Assembly: GCA_035537855.1 (NCBI GenBank)
Contig: DATLLM010000091.1
Location: forward strand, 1 to 34,337
Reading direction: 5' to 3'
Source: Chloroflexota bacterium
GTDB taxonomy: Bacteria > Chloroflexota > UBA11872 > UBA12225
Length of the DNA stretch: 34,337 bases
Positions 22,876 to 31,354 of this stretch are shown one piece after another. The translations under genes and the position numbers were made by a program. Each line of letters begins with the position of its first letter. The first letter of the stretch is position 1. Under the pieces are notes generated by a model. The model did no database searches. It had not been told where the DNA came from and was given only the letters and a program-made list of their open reading frames with translations.

Positions 22876-24036
22876 ATGGCCGAAAAGCGCGACTACTACG
22901 AGGTGCTCGGCGTCGGCCGCGGCGCGGCGGCGGACGAGATCAAGCGGGCCTACCGCCAGCTGGCCCGCAAGTACCACCCGGACGTCAACCGGGAGCCGGA
23001 CGCCGAGAGCCGGTTCAAGGAGATCACCGAGGCCTACGAGGTGCTCGGCGACGCCCAGCGCCGCCAGATGTACGACCGCTTCGGCCACGCCGGCCCGGGC
23101 GGTGGCGCCGCCGCCGGCGCCGAGGGCTTCCCCTTCGGGGACATCGGCGACCTGTTCGAGAGCTTCTTCGGCGGCGGCGCCTCCAGCCGGCGGGGCCCGC
23201 AGCGCGGCGCCGATCTGCGCATCCGCGTCGAGCTGACGTTCGAGGAGGCGGTCTTCGGCGTGGAGCGAGAGGTCGAGCTCTCCCGCTGGGAGTCCTGCCT
23301 CATCTGCGGCGGCTCGGGCGCCGAGCCGGGCAAGCCCCCGATCACCTGCGTGCAGTGCGGCGGCACGGGGGAGATGCGGCGCATCCAGCAGTCTATCTTC
23401 GGGCAGTTCGTCAACGTGGCCACCTGCGAGCGCTGCCGGGGCGAGGGCACCATCGTGCAGCACCGCTGCGCCGAGTGCGCCGGCAGCGGCCGGCTGAAGC
23501 GCCAGCGCAAGATCAAGCTGCCCATCCCCGCCGGCGTCGACGACGGCACCGAGATGCGCGTCGGCGGGCAGGGCGAGGGCGGCGACCGCGGCGGGCCGAA
23601 CGGCAACCTGTACGTCCAGTTCGCCGTCGCCCCGCATCCGGTGCTCAAGCGGGACGGCTTCGACCTGGTGTACGACCTGGCCCTGAACGTGGCCGAGGCC
23701 TCCCTCGGCAGCGAGCGGCGCATCCCCACCCTGGAAGGCGAGGAGCACCTGACCGTCCCCGCCGGGACGCAGCACGGGCGCGTCTTCCGCATCCGGGACA
23801 AGGGCGTACCGCGATTGCAGCGCGGCGGCCGGGGCGACTTCCGGGTGATCGTGCGCGTCGAGGTGCCCCGGACGCTCAGCCCGCGCCAGCGCGAGCTGCT
23901 GAGCGAGCTGGCCGGCACCTTCGAGCCGGCCGAGGTCCAGGGGGCGGCGACCAACGGGCAGCTCCAGGCGGCGCGACCCAGGAAGGACCGGGGCATCCTG
24001 GGGAAGGTCAAAGATGCCCTGCACCTGGACGAGTAG
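22876..24036 (+). CDS. dnaJ: Co-chaperone DnaJ (type I, Zn-finger containing)
   Basis: 386 aa. The J domain has DYYEVLGV...[13 protein letters not shown], followed by a G/F region and four CxxCxGxG repeats ([32 protein letters not shown]). Confidence 0.97.
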   Translation: MAEKRDYYEVLGVGRGAAADEIKRAYRQLARKYHPDVNREPDAESRFKEITEAYEVLGDAQRRQMYDRFGHAGPGGGAAAGAEGFPFGDIGDLFESFFGGGASSRRGPQRGADLRIRVELTFEEAVFGVEREVELSRWESCLICGGSGAEPGKPPITCVQCGGTGEMRRIQQSIFGQFVNVATCERCRGEGTIVQHRCAECAGSGRLKRQRKIKLPIPAGVDDGTEMRVGGQGEGGDRGGPNGNLYVQFAVAPHPVLKRDGFDLVYDLALNVAEASLGSERRIPTLEGEEHLTVPAGTQHGRVFRIRDKGVPRLQRGGRGDFRVIVRVEVPRTLSPRQRELLSELAGTFEPAEVQGAATNGQLQAARPRKDRGILGKVKDALHLDE

Positions 24037-24117
24037 GGTGCCTACCGCGCGACCGCGACGGAGTCCACCGCCCGGCCGGCTCGAGGGGGACGTGGCGCCC
24101 TCCGGGGGGTAGGCGGG

Positions 24118-25092
24118 GTGCCCGCTCGCTGGCTCGAGGTGTCGATTCGGGCCACCGCCGAAGCCGCCGAAGCGCTGACCGCGCTCTTCGAGCAGGTCGG
24201 GCACGGCGGGGTCGTCGTCGAGCCGGAGCTGGTCGCCGGCGGCGAGGTGGACGAGGTCGTCCCCGCCCCGGGCGCCTTCGCCACCCTGCGCACCTACATC
24301 CCCGAGGGCCTCGATCTGGACGCCCGCCGGCGCCGGATCGAGGAGTCGGTCGGCGTCCTGCGGGCCTTCGACCTGGCCCCGATGGACGAGCTGACCTTCC
24401 GCTGGATCAGCGAGGAGGACTGGGCCAACGCCTGGAAGCGCCACTACGCCGTGCAGCGGATCGGCCGCCGCTGGGTGATCAAGCCCCGCTGGCAGGAGTA
24501 CGCCCCGCGAACGGGAGACCTGGTGCTCGACCTCGACCCGGGGATGGCCTTCGGCACCGGCCTGCACCCCACCACCCAGCTGGTGCTCGAAGCCCTCGAG
24601 GACCTGGACGCCGGCGGCGAGGTCGACGGAACGCGGCTGCTCGACCTGGGCACCGGCTCGGGAATCCTGGCCATCGGCGCCGCCCGCCTGGGGGCGGCGG
24701 ACGTGCTCGCCCTGGACGTCGACGAGGTGGCGGTCACGGCCGCGCGGGAGAACGTCGCCCGCAACGGCCTGCAGGGCGTCGTGCGGGTCGAGCGGGGCAC
24801 CCTCGGCGAGGAGGCCCCGGGGTTCGTCCCGGTGCCGGGCTACGAGCTGGAGGCGGCCGTCGACGGGGCGCTGGTCAACATCGTCGCCCGGGTGATCGGC
24901 GAGCGCGCCCCGGCTATCGCCCGGGCCCTGCGCCCCGGCGCCTGGCTCGTGGCCAGCGGGATCATCGCCGACCGCGAGAGCGAGGCCAGCGGCCCCCTGC
25001 GGGACTGCGGGCTGCGCCTGGAGCGGCGCACCGAGCGCGGCGACTGGGTGACCCTGGTCTGCCGCCGGGACGCCGCGCCGGCGGCGGGTTGA
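24118..25092 (+). CDS. prmA: Ribosomal protein L11 methyltransferase
   Basis: 324 aa with the N-terminal WLEVSIRA motif and the SAM-binding LDLGTGSGILAIGAARLGA. It sits after dnaJ, as in Bacillus. Confidence 0.9.
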   Translation: MPARWLEVSIRATAEAAEALTALFEQVGHGGVVVEPELVAGGEVDEVVPAPGAFATLRTYIPEGLDLDARRRRIEESVGVLRAFDLAPMDELTFRWISEEDWANAWKRHYAVQRIGRRWVIKPRWQEYAPRTGDLVLDLDPGMAFGTGLHPTTQLVLEALEDLDAGGEVDGTRLLDLGTGSGILAIGAARLGAADVLALDVDEVAVTAARENVARNGLQGVVRVERGTLGEEAPGFVPVPGYELEAAVDGALVNIVARVIGERAPAIARALRPGAWLVASGIIADRESEASGPLRDCGLRLERRTERGDWVTLVCRRDAAPAAG

Positions 25093-25122
25093 CGGCCGCA
25101 GGGGCGAACGGGACGCCGGCGC

Positions 25123-25905
25123 GTGGCCACCGTACACCGCTTCTTCGTCCCCGGCCCGCTCGCCGGGGGGGACGTCGCGCTCCCGGCGCAGATCACCCGC
25201 CAGGCGACCGCCGTGCTGCGCCTGCGCACGGGCGAGCCGGTGGTCGTCTTCGACGGCAGCGGCGGCGAGTGGACGGCCGAGCTGCGGGTCAGCGGGCGCA
25301 CCGCCACCGCCCGGCTGCTCGAGGAGCGCTTCCCGGCGCGGGAGCCGGAGGTGCACGTCACGCTGGCCCAGGCCGTGCTCAAGGCCGACCGGTTCGAGTG
25401 GGTGCTGCAGAAGGGCACCGAGCTCGGCGTCGGCGCGTTCCAGCCCCTGCTCACCCGGCGCACCGTGGCCGGCGGCGCCGGTCGCCTCGACCGCTGGCGC
25501 CGGATCGTGATCGAGGCCGCCGAGCAGTGCGGGCGCTGCCGCGTGCCGGACGTGAGCCCGCCGCGGGCCCTGGAAGACGTCCTCGCCCGGCCGGGTCCGG
25601 CGGTGCTGCTGTGGGAGGGCGAACGCCGGCGGCCGTTCGCGGCGGCCCTGGCCGCCGCCCTCGCGCTGGCCCCGGCCGGCGGGGGGGTCCGCCTGCTGAT
25701 CGGCCCGGAAGGGGGCTTCGATCCGGATGAGGTGGGCGCGGCCCTCGCCGCCGGCGCCATCCCGGCGAGTCTGGGGCCCCGCATCCTGCGCGCCGAGACC
25801 GCCGCCCTGGCGGCCGCGACGCTGAGCTGCCTCGCACCGCCCCCGCCTCCGGGCGAGCCGGTAGCGGAAGCCGATTCCGGGACGCACCCTTCGCAGAAGG
25901 CGTAG
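25123..25905 (+). CDS. rsmE: 16S rRNA (uracil1498-N3)-methyltransferase
   Basis: 260 aa with HRFFV at the N-terminus and LLIGPEGGFDPDEV. The start is GTG. Confidence 0.9.
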   Translation: MATVHRFFVPGPLAGGDVALPAQITRQATAVLRLRTGEPVVVFDGSGGEWTAELRVSGRTATARLLEERFPAREPEVHVTLAQAVLKADRFEWVLQKGTELGVGAFQPLLTRRTVAGGAGRLDRWRRIVIEAAEQCGRCRVPDVSPPRALEDVLARPGPAVLLWEGERRRPFAAALAAALALAPAGGGVRLLIGPEGGFDPDEVGAALAAGAIPASLGPRILRAETAALAAATLSCLAPPPPPGEPVAEADSGTHPSQKA

Positions 25906-25915
25906 ACTTGCGCCA

Positions 25916-26260
25916 ATGAGCGACTGCGTCTTCTGCAAGATCGCCCGGGGGGAGATCCCGGCGCAGATCGTCTACCAGGACGGCCAGGTGACGGCCTTCG
26001 AGGACGCCGACCCCAAGGCCCCGGTGCACGTCCTCGTGGTCCCCAACCAGCACGTCGGCTCGGCGGCCGAGCTGGGGCCCGGCAACGGCCCCTTGCTGGC
26101 CGCGATGGTGCTCGCCGCCAACCGGGCCGCCGAAGCGGCGGGCGTCGCCGGCAGCGGCTACCGCCTGGTGATGAACGTGGGTCAGGACGCCGGCATGTCC
26201 GTGCCCCACCTGCACCTGCACGTCCTCGGCGGACGGGCGCTGGCCTGGCCCCCCGGCTGA
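25916..26260 (+). CDS. HIT-family (histidine triad) nucleotide hydrolase
   Basis: 114 aa with CVFCKIARGEIPA and the histidine triad HLHLHVLGG. Confidence 0.93.
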   Translation: MSDCVFCKIARGEIPAQIVYQDGQVTAFEDADPKAPVHVLVVPNQHVGSAAELGPGNGPLLAAMVLAANRAAEAAGVAGSGYRLVMNVGQDAGMSVPHLHLHVLGGRALAWPPG

Positions 26261-26274
26261 GACGGTCCGCGGCC

Positions 26275-28407
26275 ATGAGCGACGCCGAGACCAAGATCAT
26301 CAACTTCCGCCCGCCGCGGCGGATACTGGCCGCCTCCTGGCGCCGCAGCGGCACGCTCGTGGTCTTCGGTCTCGGCCTGCTGCTGGTGGCGATCGTGGCG
26401 CTCAACTGGCAGCTCGTCCCCGGCAACACGCCGGTGGTCACCGGCACCTCCGCCCCGGAGACGGTCAGGGCGCCGCGGCGGGTCACCTTTATCAGCCAGA
26501 GCCGCACCCGCGTGCTGCGCGATCAGGCGGCGGCACAGGTCGCCCAGGTCAGCGACTACGACTCCAACATCCTGCGCCAGCTCCGGGGCCGGGCCGCCGA
26601 TCAGCTGCGCAGCATCAGCGCCATCCGGGCGGACGGGGCGGCGCCGTACGAGCAGCGCCGGCAGCAGATCGTGCGCCTCGAGCCGGGGCTGAGCCCGGCC
26701 TCGGTCGACGCCGCCCTCCAGCTCACCGACGACGAGTGGCTCGCCGTCAACGGCGAGACGCTGCGCATCCTGGACGAGAACGTCCGGGAGCGCATCCGGG
26801 CCGAGGAGCTGGAGCCGCGCCGGTCCTTCCTGCTCGGTCAGGTGTCGCCGAATCTCTCGCCCGCCCAGCAGGCCCTGGTCAGCGACCTGGTCTCGCTCTA
26901 CGTCCGCCCCAACGTTCTGGTGAACACGGCCGAGACGGACCGGGCCAGGCGGGAGGCCCGGGAGCGGGTGCAGCCGGTGCAGGTCACCGTCGAGCGGGGC
27001 GACACGGTGGTGCGCCAGGGAGACGTGCTCACCGCCGAGGAGGTGGAGAAGCTCGAGGCCCTGGGACTCGGCTCGCGCGCGATCAACTGGCAGAGCGCGG
27101 CCGGGCTCAGCCTCTACTGCGCCACGCTGATCCTCTTGCTCTGCGTCTACATCTACGGCTTCCACGCCGAGCTGCTGGAGCGCCCGCGCAGCCTGCTGCT
27201 GATCGGCCTGCTGATGGGCGGCTTCCTGGTGGCGATGAAGCTGATCGTCCCCGGCCGGCCCTGGGCCGCGTACGGCTTCCCGGTGGCGGCCGCCACCGTG
27301 CTCATCTCCAATCTGCTCAGCACGCGCCTGGCCGTCGTCCTGGCCGCGTTCTTCGGCATGCTGGCCGCCCCCATCCTGGGCTTCTCCTACGAGATGGTCT
27401 GCCTGGTGACGGTTGAGGGGATCGTGGGGGCCATCGCCGCCCGGCGCATCGAGCGCCTCAACGCCTTCTTCCTCTGCGGCCTGCTGGTCACCCTGGCCAA
27501 TCTGGCGGTGGTGCTCTCCTTCCGCCTGATCAACATGGACTACGACGTCTCGGGGATGGTCAACCTGCTGATCAGTGCCCTCGCCAACGGGCTGCTGACG
27601 GCCATCCTGACCATGGGCACGTTCAGCCTGGCCGGGCCCCTCTTCGGCCTCACCACCATGCTGCAGCTGCTGGAGCTGGCGCACCCCAGCCAGCCCCTGC
27701 TGCGCCGGCTGCTGACCGAGGCCCCCGGCACCTACCACCACTCGATCATCGTCGGCAACCTGGCCGAGCGCGCCGCCGAACAGATCGGCGTCGACTCCCT
27801 GCTCGTCCGGGTGGGCGCCTACTTCCACGACGTGGGCAAGCTGCACCGCCCCTACTACTTCGTCGAGAACCAGCTGGACGGCGACAACGTCCACGACCGG
27901 CTGACCCCGGAGGCGAGCGCCCGGGCCCTGATCGACCACGTCACCATGGGCACCGTGCTCGGCCGGCAGTACGGGCTGCCGGCCGGCGTGCTGCGCTTCA
28001 TCCCCGAGCACCACGGCACCCGCCTGGCCGGCTTCTTCTACCGCAAGGCGGTCAAGGAGGCCGGCTCCGAGCCGGTCGACGAGTCCCGCTACCGCTACCC
28101 CGGTCCCCGTCCGCGCAGCAAGGAGACGGCTCTGGTGATGCTGGCGGACACCGTCGAGGCCAGCGTCCGGGCGGCCTCCAACCGCTCGACGCGCAGCCTG
28201 GAGGAGCTGGTGGAGCGGGCGATCAACGAGCGCATCCTGGAGGGCGAGCTGGACGAGAGCAACCTGACGCTCAAGGACCTGGAGATCATCAAGCGCTCCT
28301 TCATCCGCCAGCTGCGCGGCGTCTACCACCCCCGCATCGAGTACCCGGAGCCCCAGGAGCTGGAGCCGGCCCAGTCCTTCGTGCAGAACGCGGCCGAGCC
28401 CAGCTAG
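26275..28407 (+). CDS. pgpH: 7TM-HD membrane phosphohydrolase (YqfF/PgpH family, cyclic-di-AMP phosphodiesterase type)
   Basis: 710 aa with an N-terminal signal anchor, an extracellular domain and a 7-helix block. The C-terminal HD domain has HHSIIVGNLAERAAE, AYFHDVGK and EHHG. It lies upstream of ybeY-dgkA, as in Firmicutes. Confidence 0.85.
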   Translation: MSDAETKIINFRPPRRILAASWRRSGTLVVFGLGLLLVAIVALNWQLVPGNTPVVTGTSAPETVRAPRRVTFISQSRTRVLRDQAAAQVAQVSDYDSNILRQLRGRAADQLRSISAIRADGAAPYEQRRQQIVRLEPGLSPASVDAALQLTDDEWLAVNGETLRILDENVRERIRAEELEPRRSFLLGQVSPNLSPAQQALVSDLVSLYVRPNVLVNTAETDRARREARERVQPVQVTVERGDTVVRQGDVLTAEEVEKLEALGLGSRAINWQSAAGLSLYCATLILLLCVYIYGFHAELLERPRSLLLIGLLMGGFLVAMKLIVPGRPWAAYGFPVAAATVLISNLLSTRLAVVLAAFFGMLAAPILGFSYEMVCLVTVEGIVGAIAARRIERLNAFFLCGLLVTLANLAVVLSFRLINMDYDVSGMVNLLISALANGLLTAILTMGTFSLAGPLFGLTTMLQLLELAHPSQPLLRRLLTEAPGTYHHSIIVGNLAERAAEQIGVDSLLVRVGAYFHDVGKLHRPYYFVENQLDGDNVHDRLTPEASARALIDHVTMGTVLGRQYGLPAGVLRFIPEHHGTRLAGFFYRKAVKEAGSEPVDESRYRYPGPRPRSKETALVMLADTVEASVRAASNRSTRSLEELVERAINERILEGELDESNLTLKDLEIIKRSFIRQLRGVYHPRIEYPEPQELEPAQSFVQNAAEPS

Positions 28408-28487
28408 CGTCTACCGTGTCGACACGTTCGAGCGCGCCGGCGTGTGCTCCCGATGGGCGCGCGGCGATCACCCGGGGGTAGGCGCAG

Positions 28488-29021
28488 ATGGGCCACCCGC
28501 GGGTCGTCCTCGCTCTGGCCGTGATCCGCGAGGCGGAGGTCCCCCAGACCGACCGCTGGCTGCACCGCACCGGGCGCGCGGCGCTGACGGCCGCCCTCGA
28601 CGTCCGCCCCACCCTGCTGCCGCCGGCGACGCGGCGGGTGGAGGCCTCGCTGCTGCTGGCCGACGACGCCACCTTGCACCGCCTCAACCGCGACTTCCGG
28701 GGCGTCGACCGCCCGACGGACGTGCTCTCGTTCTCGCAGCTCGAGAGCGCGCCCCTCCTGCCGGGCCGCGCCGGGACGGTGCCGCTGGGCGACGTGGCCG
28801 TGTCCGTCGAGCGGGCCCGGCGCCAGGCGGACGACTACGGCCACCCGTTCGAGCGCGAGCTGGCCTACCTGTTCGTCCACGGCCTGCTCCACCTGTTGGG
28901 GTACGATCACGAAGCGGAGAGCGATCGGGCGTCGATGCGCCGCGAGGAAGAGACCGCCCTCGACGCCGCCGGGCAGTCCCGCGCCGGCGCCGGGGCCGCC
29001 GGTGCCGGGACGGAGCGATGA
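28488..29021 (+). CDS. ybeY: rRNA maturation endoribonuclease YbeY
   Basis: 177 aa with the zinc motif HGLLHLLGYDH. The stop overlaps the dgkA ATG (ATGA at 29018-29021). Confidence 0.93.
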   Translation: MGHPRVVLALAVIREAEVPQTDRWLHRTGRAALTAALDVRPTLLPPATRRVEASLLLADDATLHRLNRDFRGVDRPTDVLSFSQLESAPLLPGRAGTVPLGDVAVSVERARRQADDYGHPFERELAYLFVHGLLHLLGYDHEAESDRASMRREEETALDAAGQSRAGAGAAGAGTER

Positions 29022-29434
29022 AGCCGAAGCCGGGCCGGGCCCGGGCCGGGGCCGGGGACGTGCTCTCGGAAGAGCGCGCCAGCTTCGGCTACGCCTTCCA
29101 GGGCATCGGCTACGCCTGGAGCACCCAGCGCCATCTGCGCATCCACGCCGTGCTGGCGGCGCTCGCCGTCCTGCTGGGCGTCGTCCTGCGCATCGGGCCG
29201 ACGGAGTGGGCCGTGCTCTGCCTGACCGTCGTCGCGGTCATCGCCCTGGAGCTGCTCAACACGGTGGTCGAGGCGGTGGTCGATCTGGCCAGCCCCAACT
29301 ACCACCCCCTGGCCAAGGTGGCCAAGGACGTCGCCGCCGGGGCGGTGCTGGTCGCCGCCTGCGGCGGCGTGGCCGTCGGCGCTTTCCTCTTCGTGCCCCG
29401 CATCTGGTCGCTGCTCACCCAGATCGGTCGCTGA
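29018..29434 (+). CDS. dgkA: DgkA-family small membrane kinase (diacylglycerol/undecaprenol kinase)
   Basis: 138 aa from the in-frame ATG 29018 of the 330-aa track ORF. It has three TM helices and the motifs ALELLNTVVEAVVD and AKDVAAGAVLV. Confidence 0.88.
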   Translation: MKPKPGRARAGAGDVLSEERASFGYAFQGIGYAWSTQRHLRIHAVLAALAVLLGVVLRIGPTEWAVLCLTVVAVIALELLNTVVEAVVDLASPNYHPLAKVAKDVAAGAVLVAACGGVAVGAFLFVPRIWSLLTQIGR

Positions 29435-30242
29435 GCGCCCCGCCGCCGGCGTCGTCGAGCAGGCGCGCCTGCACGCCCTGGCGCAGCGCTTCCAGGTGGG
29501 ACCCGAGCAGGCCGGCGTCGTCCAGCCCGGCGACGCGCGCCGGCAGGGTCGCGGCCAGCCGGCCCCGCTCCGCCTCCTCGAGACGCAGCAGCGCCACCAG
29601 CGGGGCGACCCGCACGGTGGTGTAGAGCCCGGCCTGAAAGAGCACCACGCCGCGCTTGCGCACCTGGGAGAGGCCGACCAGCTTGCGCGCCGCGGCGCCG
29701 GCGCCGGGCGCATCACCGGGCGCGTCCAGCACCACCTCCCAGGGCGAGAGGGTGCCGAAGCAGGCCAGGGCGCGTAGCGCCCCGGCCGACCCGGCCGCCG
29801 CGTCCCGCACGGCCGCCTGATCGCGCCGCGCCTCGTCCGGCCGGGCGAGGCGCAGCCGGAGGGCGGCGCCCGGCGCGAGGACCGCCAGCGTCTCCCGGAA
29901 CGCGTCGCCGACCCAGCGGTAGGCGGCCACCACGTCCGTCCCCGCCCTGGGGTGCGCCGCGGGCAGCGCCACGTCCAGGGCCAGCATCGTCTCGTCGGCG
30001 AGCACGGCGGTGCCGCCCGACGTGCGCCTGACCACGGCGTACCCGGCGGCGCGGGCGGCGGCGGCGTCCACCAGCTCAAGAGACTGGCCCACGCCCAGCA
30101 CCACCGCCGGAGCGGCGTAGCCGTACCAGCGCAGCGTCGGCGGGGCCACCCCGCCGGCTACGTCCTGCCACAGCGCCTCGCTGCGCGCCAGCTGCGCCTC
30201 CGCGCCGGCCCGCGAGAACGGGATCACCCGCCAGCGCGCCAC
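29415..30242 (-). CDS. Biotin/lipoate A/B protein ligase family protein, single-domain (LipM/LplA-like octanoyl- or lipoyl-transferase)
   Basis: 275 aa from GTG 30240-30242, with the SD GGGAGA 9 nt upstream. Motifs are RRTSGGTAVLAD, ACFGTLSPWEVV and RKLVGLSQVRKRGVVLFQAGLY (Lys-containing motif). It lacks the LplA C-terminal domain. The 3' end overlaps dgkA by 20 nt. Confidence 0.75.
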   Translation of the reverse strand: MARWRVIPFSRAGAEAQLARSEALWQDVAGGVAPPTLRWYGYAAPAVVLGVGQSLELVDAAAARAAGYAVVRRTSGGTAVLADETMLALDVALPAAHPRAGTDVVAAYRWVGDAFRETLAVLAPGAALRLRLARPDEARRDQAAVRDAAAGSAGALRALACFGTLSPWEVVLDAPGDAPGAGAAARKLVGLSQVRKRGVVLFQAGLYTTVRVAPLVALLRLEEAERGRLAATLPARVAGLDDAGLLGSHLEALRQGVQARLLDDAGGGALSDRSG

Positions 30243-30260
30243 CTGCTACCGTCTCCCGGA

Positions 30261-31199
30261 ATGAGTATGCCGGGCTCACCCGACGTTCGCCGGCGCGACC
30301 GGCCCCAGGGCGCAGGCGGGCCGGCCGCGGGCGCCGGCCCCCGGGTCGCCGTCGCCGCCCCGGCGAAGGTCAACCTGACCCTGGAAGTCTTGCGCCGGCG
30401 CCCGGACGGCTACCACGACCTCTGCTCGGTGATGCAGGCGCTGAGTCTGGCCGACCGGCTCGAAGCCGTCCCGGCCGAATCGCTCAGCCTGGAGTGCTCG
30501 ATCCCCGCTCTGGCCGGGCAGGACAATCTGGTCTGGCGCGCGGCCGACCTGCTGCGCCGGGAGACCGGGGCCGGGGCCGGGGCCCGGTTGTGGCTGGAGA
30601 AGCGCATCCCCGTCGCCGCCGGGCTGGGCGGCGGCAGCTCGGACGCGGCCAGCGCCCTGCTCGCCCTGAACGCCTTGTGGCGGCTCGGCCTCAGCCGGGC
30701 CGACCTGTGCGCGCTCGGGGCCCGGATCGGCTCGGACGTGCCGTTCTTCCTCGGGAGCAGCGCCTGCGCCCTGGCCGAGGGGCGCGGCGAGCGCCTCACC
30801 CCGCTGCCGGCGCTCCCCCACCGGGCGGTGGTGCTCGCCCGCCTCCCCGTCCCGGTCAGTACGGCGGCCGTCTTCGGCGCCTTCCCGCCGCCGCGGTGGG
30901 CCGACGGGCGGCGCACCGCCGCCTGGCGCGCGGCCAGCGCCGGTGGGACGGCCGTGCCCCCGCCATTCGACGACCTCGAGCCGGTCACCCTGGGCCTGAC
31001 GCCGGCGGCGGCGCGGGCGCGCGAGGCCTTGCTGGCGGCCGGGGCGCCCCGGGCGACGCTCTCCGGCAGCGGGCCGACGTACTTCGCCCTGTTCGACCCG
31101 GACGGGACGGCCGAGACGGTCTACGAGCGCTTGCGCGCCGGCCGGGGGGCGGGGGTCGAGGCCCTGCTGACCGGCTTCGGGGCGCTGGCCACCATCTGA
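30261..31199 (+). CDS. ispE: 4-diphosphocytidyl-2-C-methyl-D-erythritol kinase
   Basis: 312 aa from ATG 30261 (or 30267) of the 415-aa track ORF. Motifs are APAKVNLTLEV and the GHMP kinase motif IPVAAGLGGGSSDAA. Confidence 0.9.
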   Translation: MSMPGSPDVRRRDRPQGAGGPAAGAGPRVAVAAPAKVNLTLEVLRRRPDGYHDLCSVMQALSLADRLEAVPAESLSLECSIPALAGQDNLVWRAADLLRRETGAGAGARLWLEKRIPVAAGLGGGSSDAASALLALNALWRLGLSRADLCALGARIGSDVPFFLGSSACALAEGRGERLTPLPALPHRAVVLARLPVPVSTAAVFGAFPPPRWADGRRTAAWRAASAGGTAVPPPFDDLEPVTLGLTPAAARAREALLAAGAPRATLSGSGPTYFALFDPDGTAETVYERLRAGRGAGVEALLTGFGALATI

Positions 31200-31219
31200 G
31201 CCCGGCGCCGGGCGCGCCG

Positions 31220-31249
31220 TTGACACCCGTTTGCGGGCGTCGGTACAGT
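31220..31249 (+). promoter_or_regulatory. Sigma-70-type promoter TTGACA-N18-TACAGT driving tRNA-Gln (and probably glmU-prs)
   Basis: A perfect -35 TTGACA (31220-31225), an 18-nt spacer, then TACAGT (31244-31249). The tRNA 5' end lies 10 nt downstream of the -10. Confidence 0.6.
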
Positions 31250-31258
31250 CTCTTCCGA

Positions 31259-31329
31259 TGGGGCGTGGCCAAGTGGTAAGGCACGGGCCTTTGGAGCCTG
31301 TATCCTAGGTTCGAATCCTAGCGCCCCAG
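31259..31329 (+). tRNA. tRNA-Gln, anticodon UUG
   Basis: Hand fold:
- acceptor TGGGGCG/CGCCCCA (U1:A72)
- anticodon stem CGGGC/GCCTG with loop CTTTGGA
- T arm CTAGG-TTCGAAT-CCTAG
- discriminator G
CCA is not encoded. Confidence 0.9.
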
Positions 31330-31354
31330 CCGCGCCCCTCGCCGTGCGGCGCTG

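Noticed and set aside
22669-25938. 1089-aa ORF antisense to dnaJ-prmA-rsmE
   Set aside because: The translation is low-complexity and Arg/Gly/Pro/Ala-rich, with no motifs. It lies opposite three well-supported genes. Long stop-free antisense frames are expected in DNA this GC-rich.
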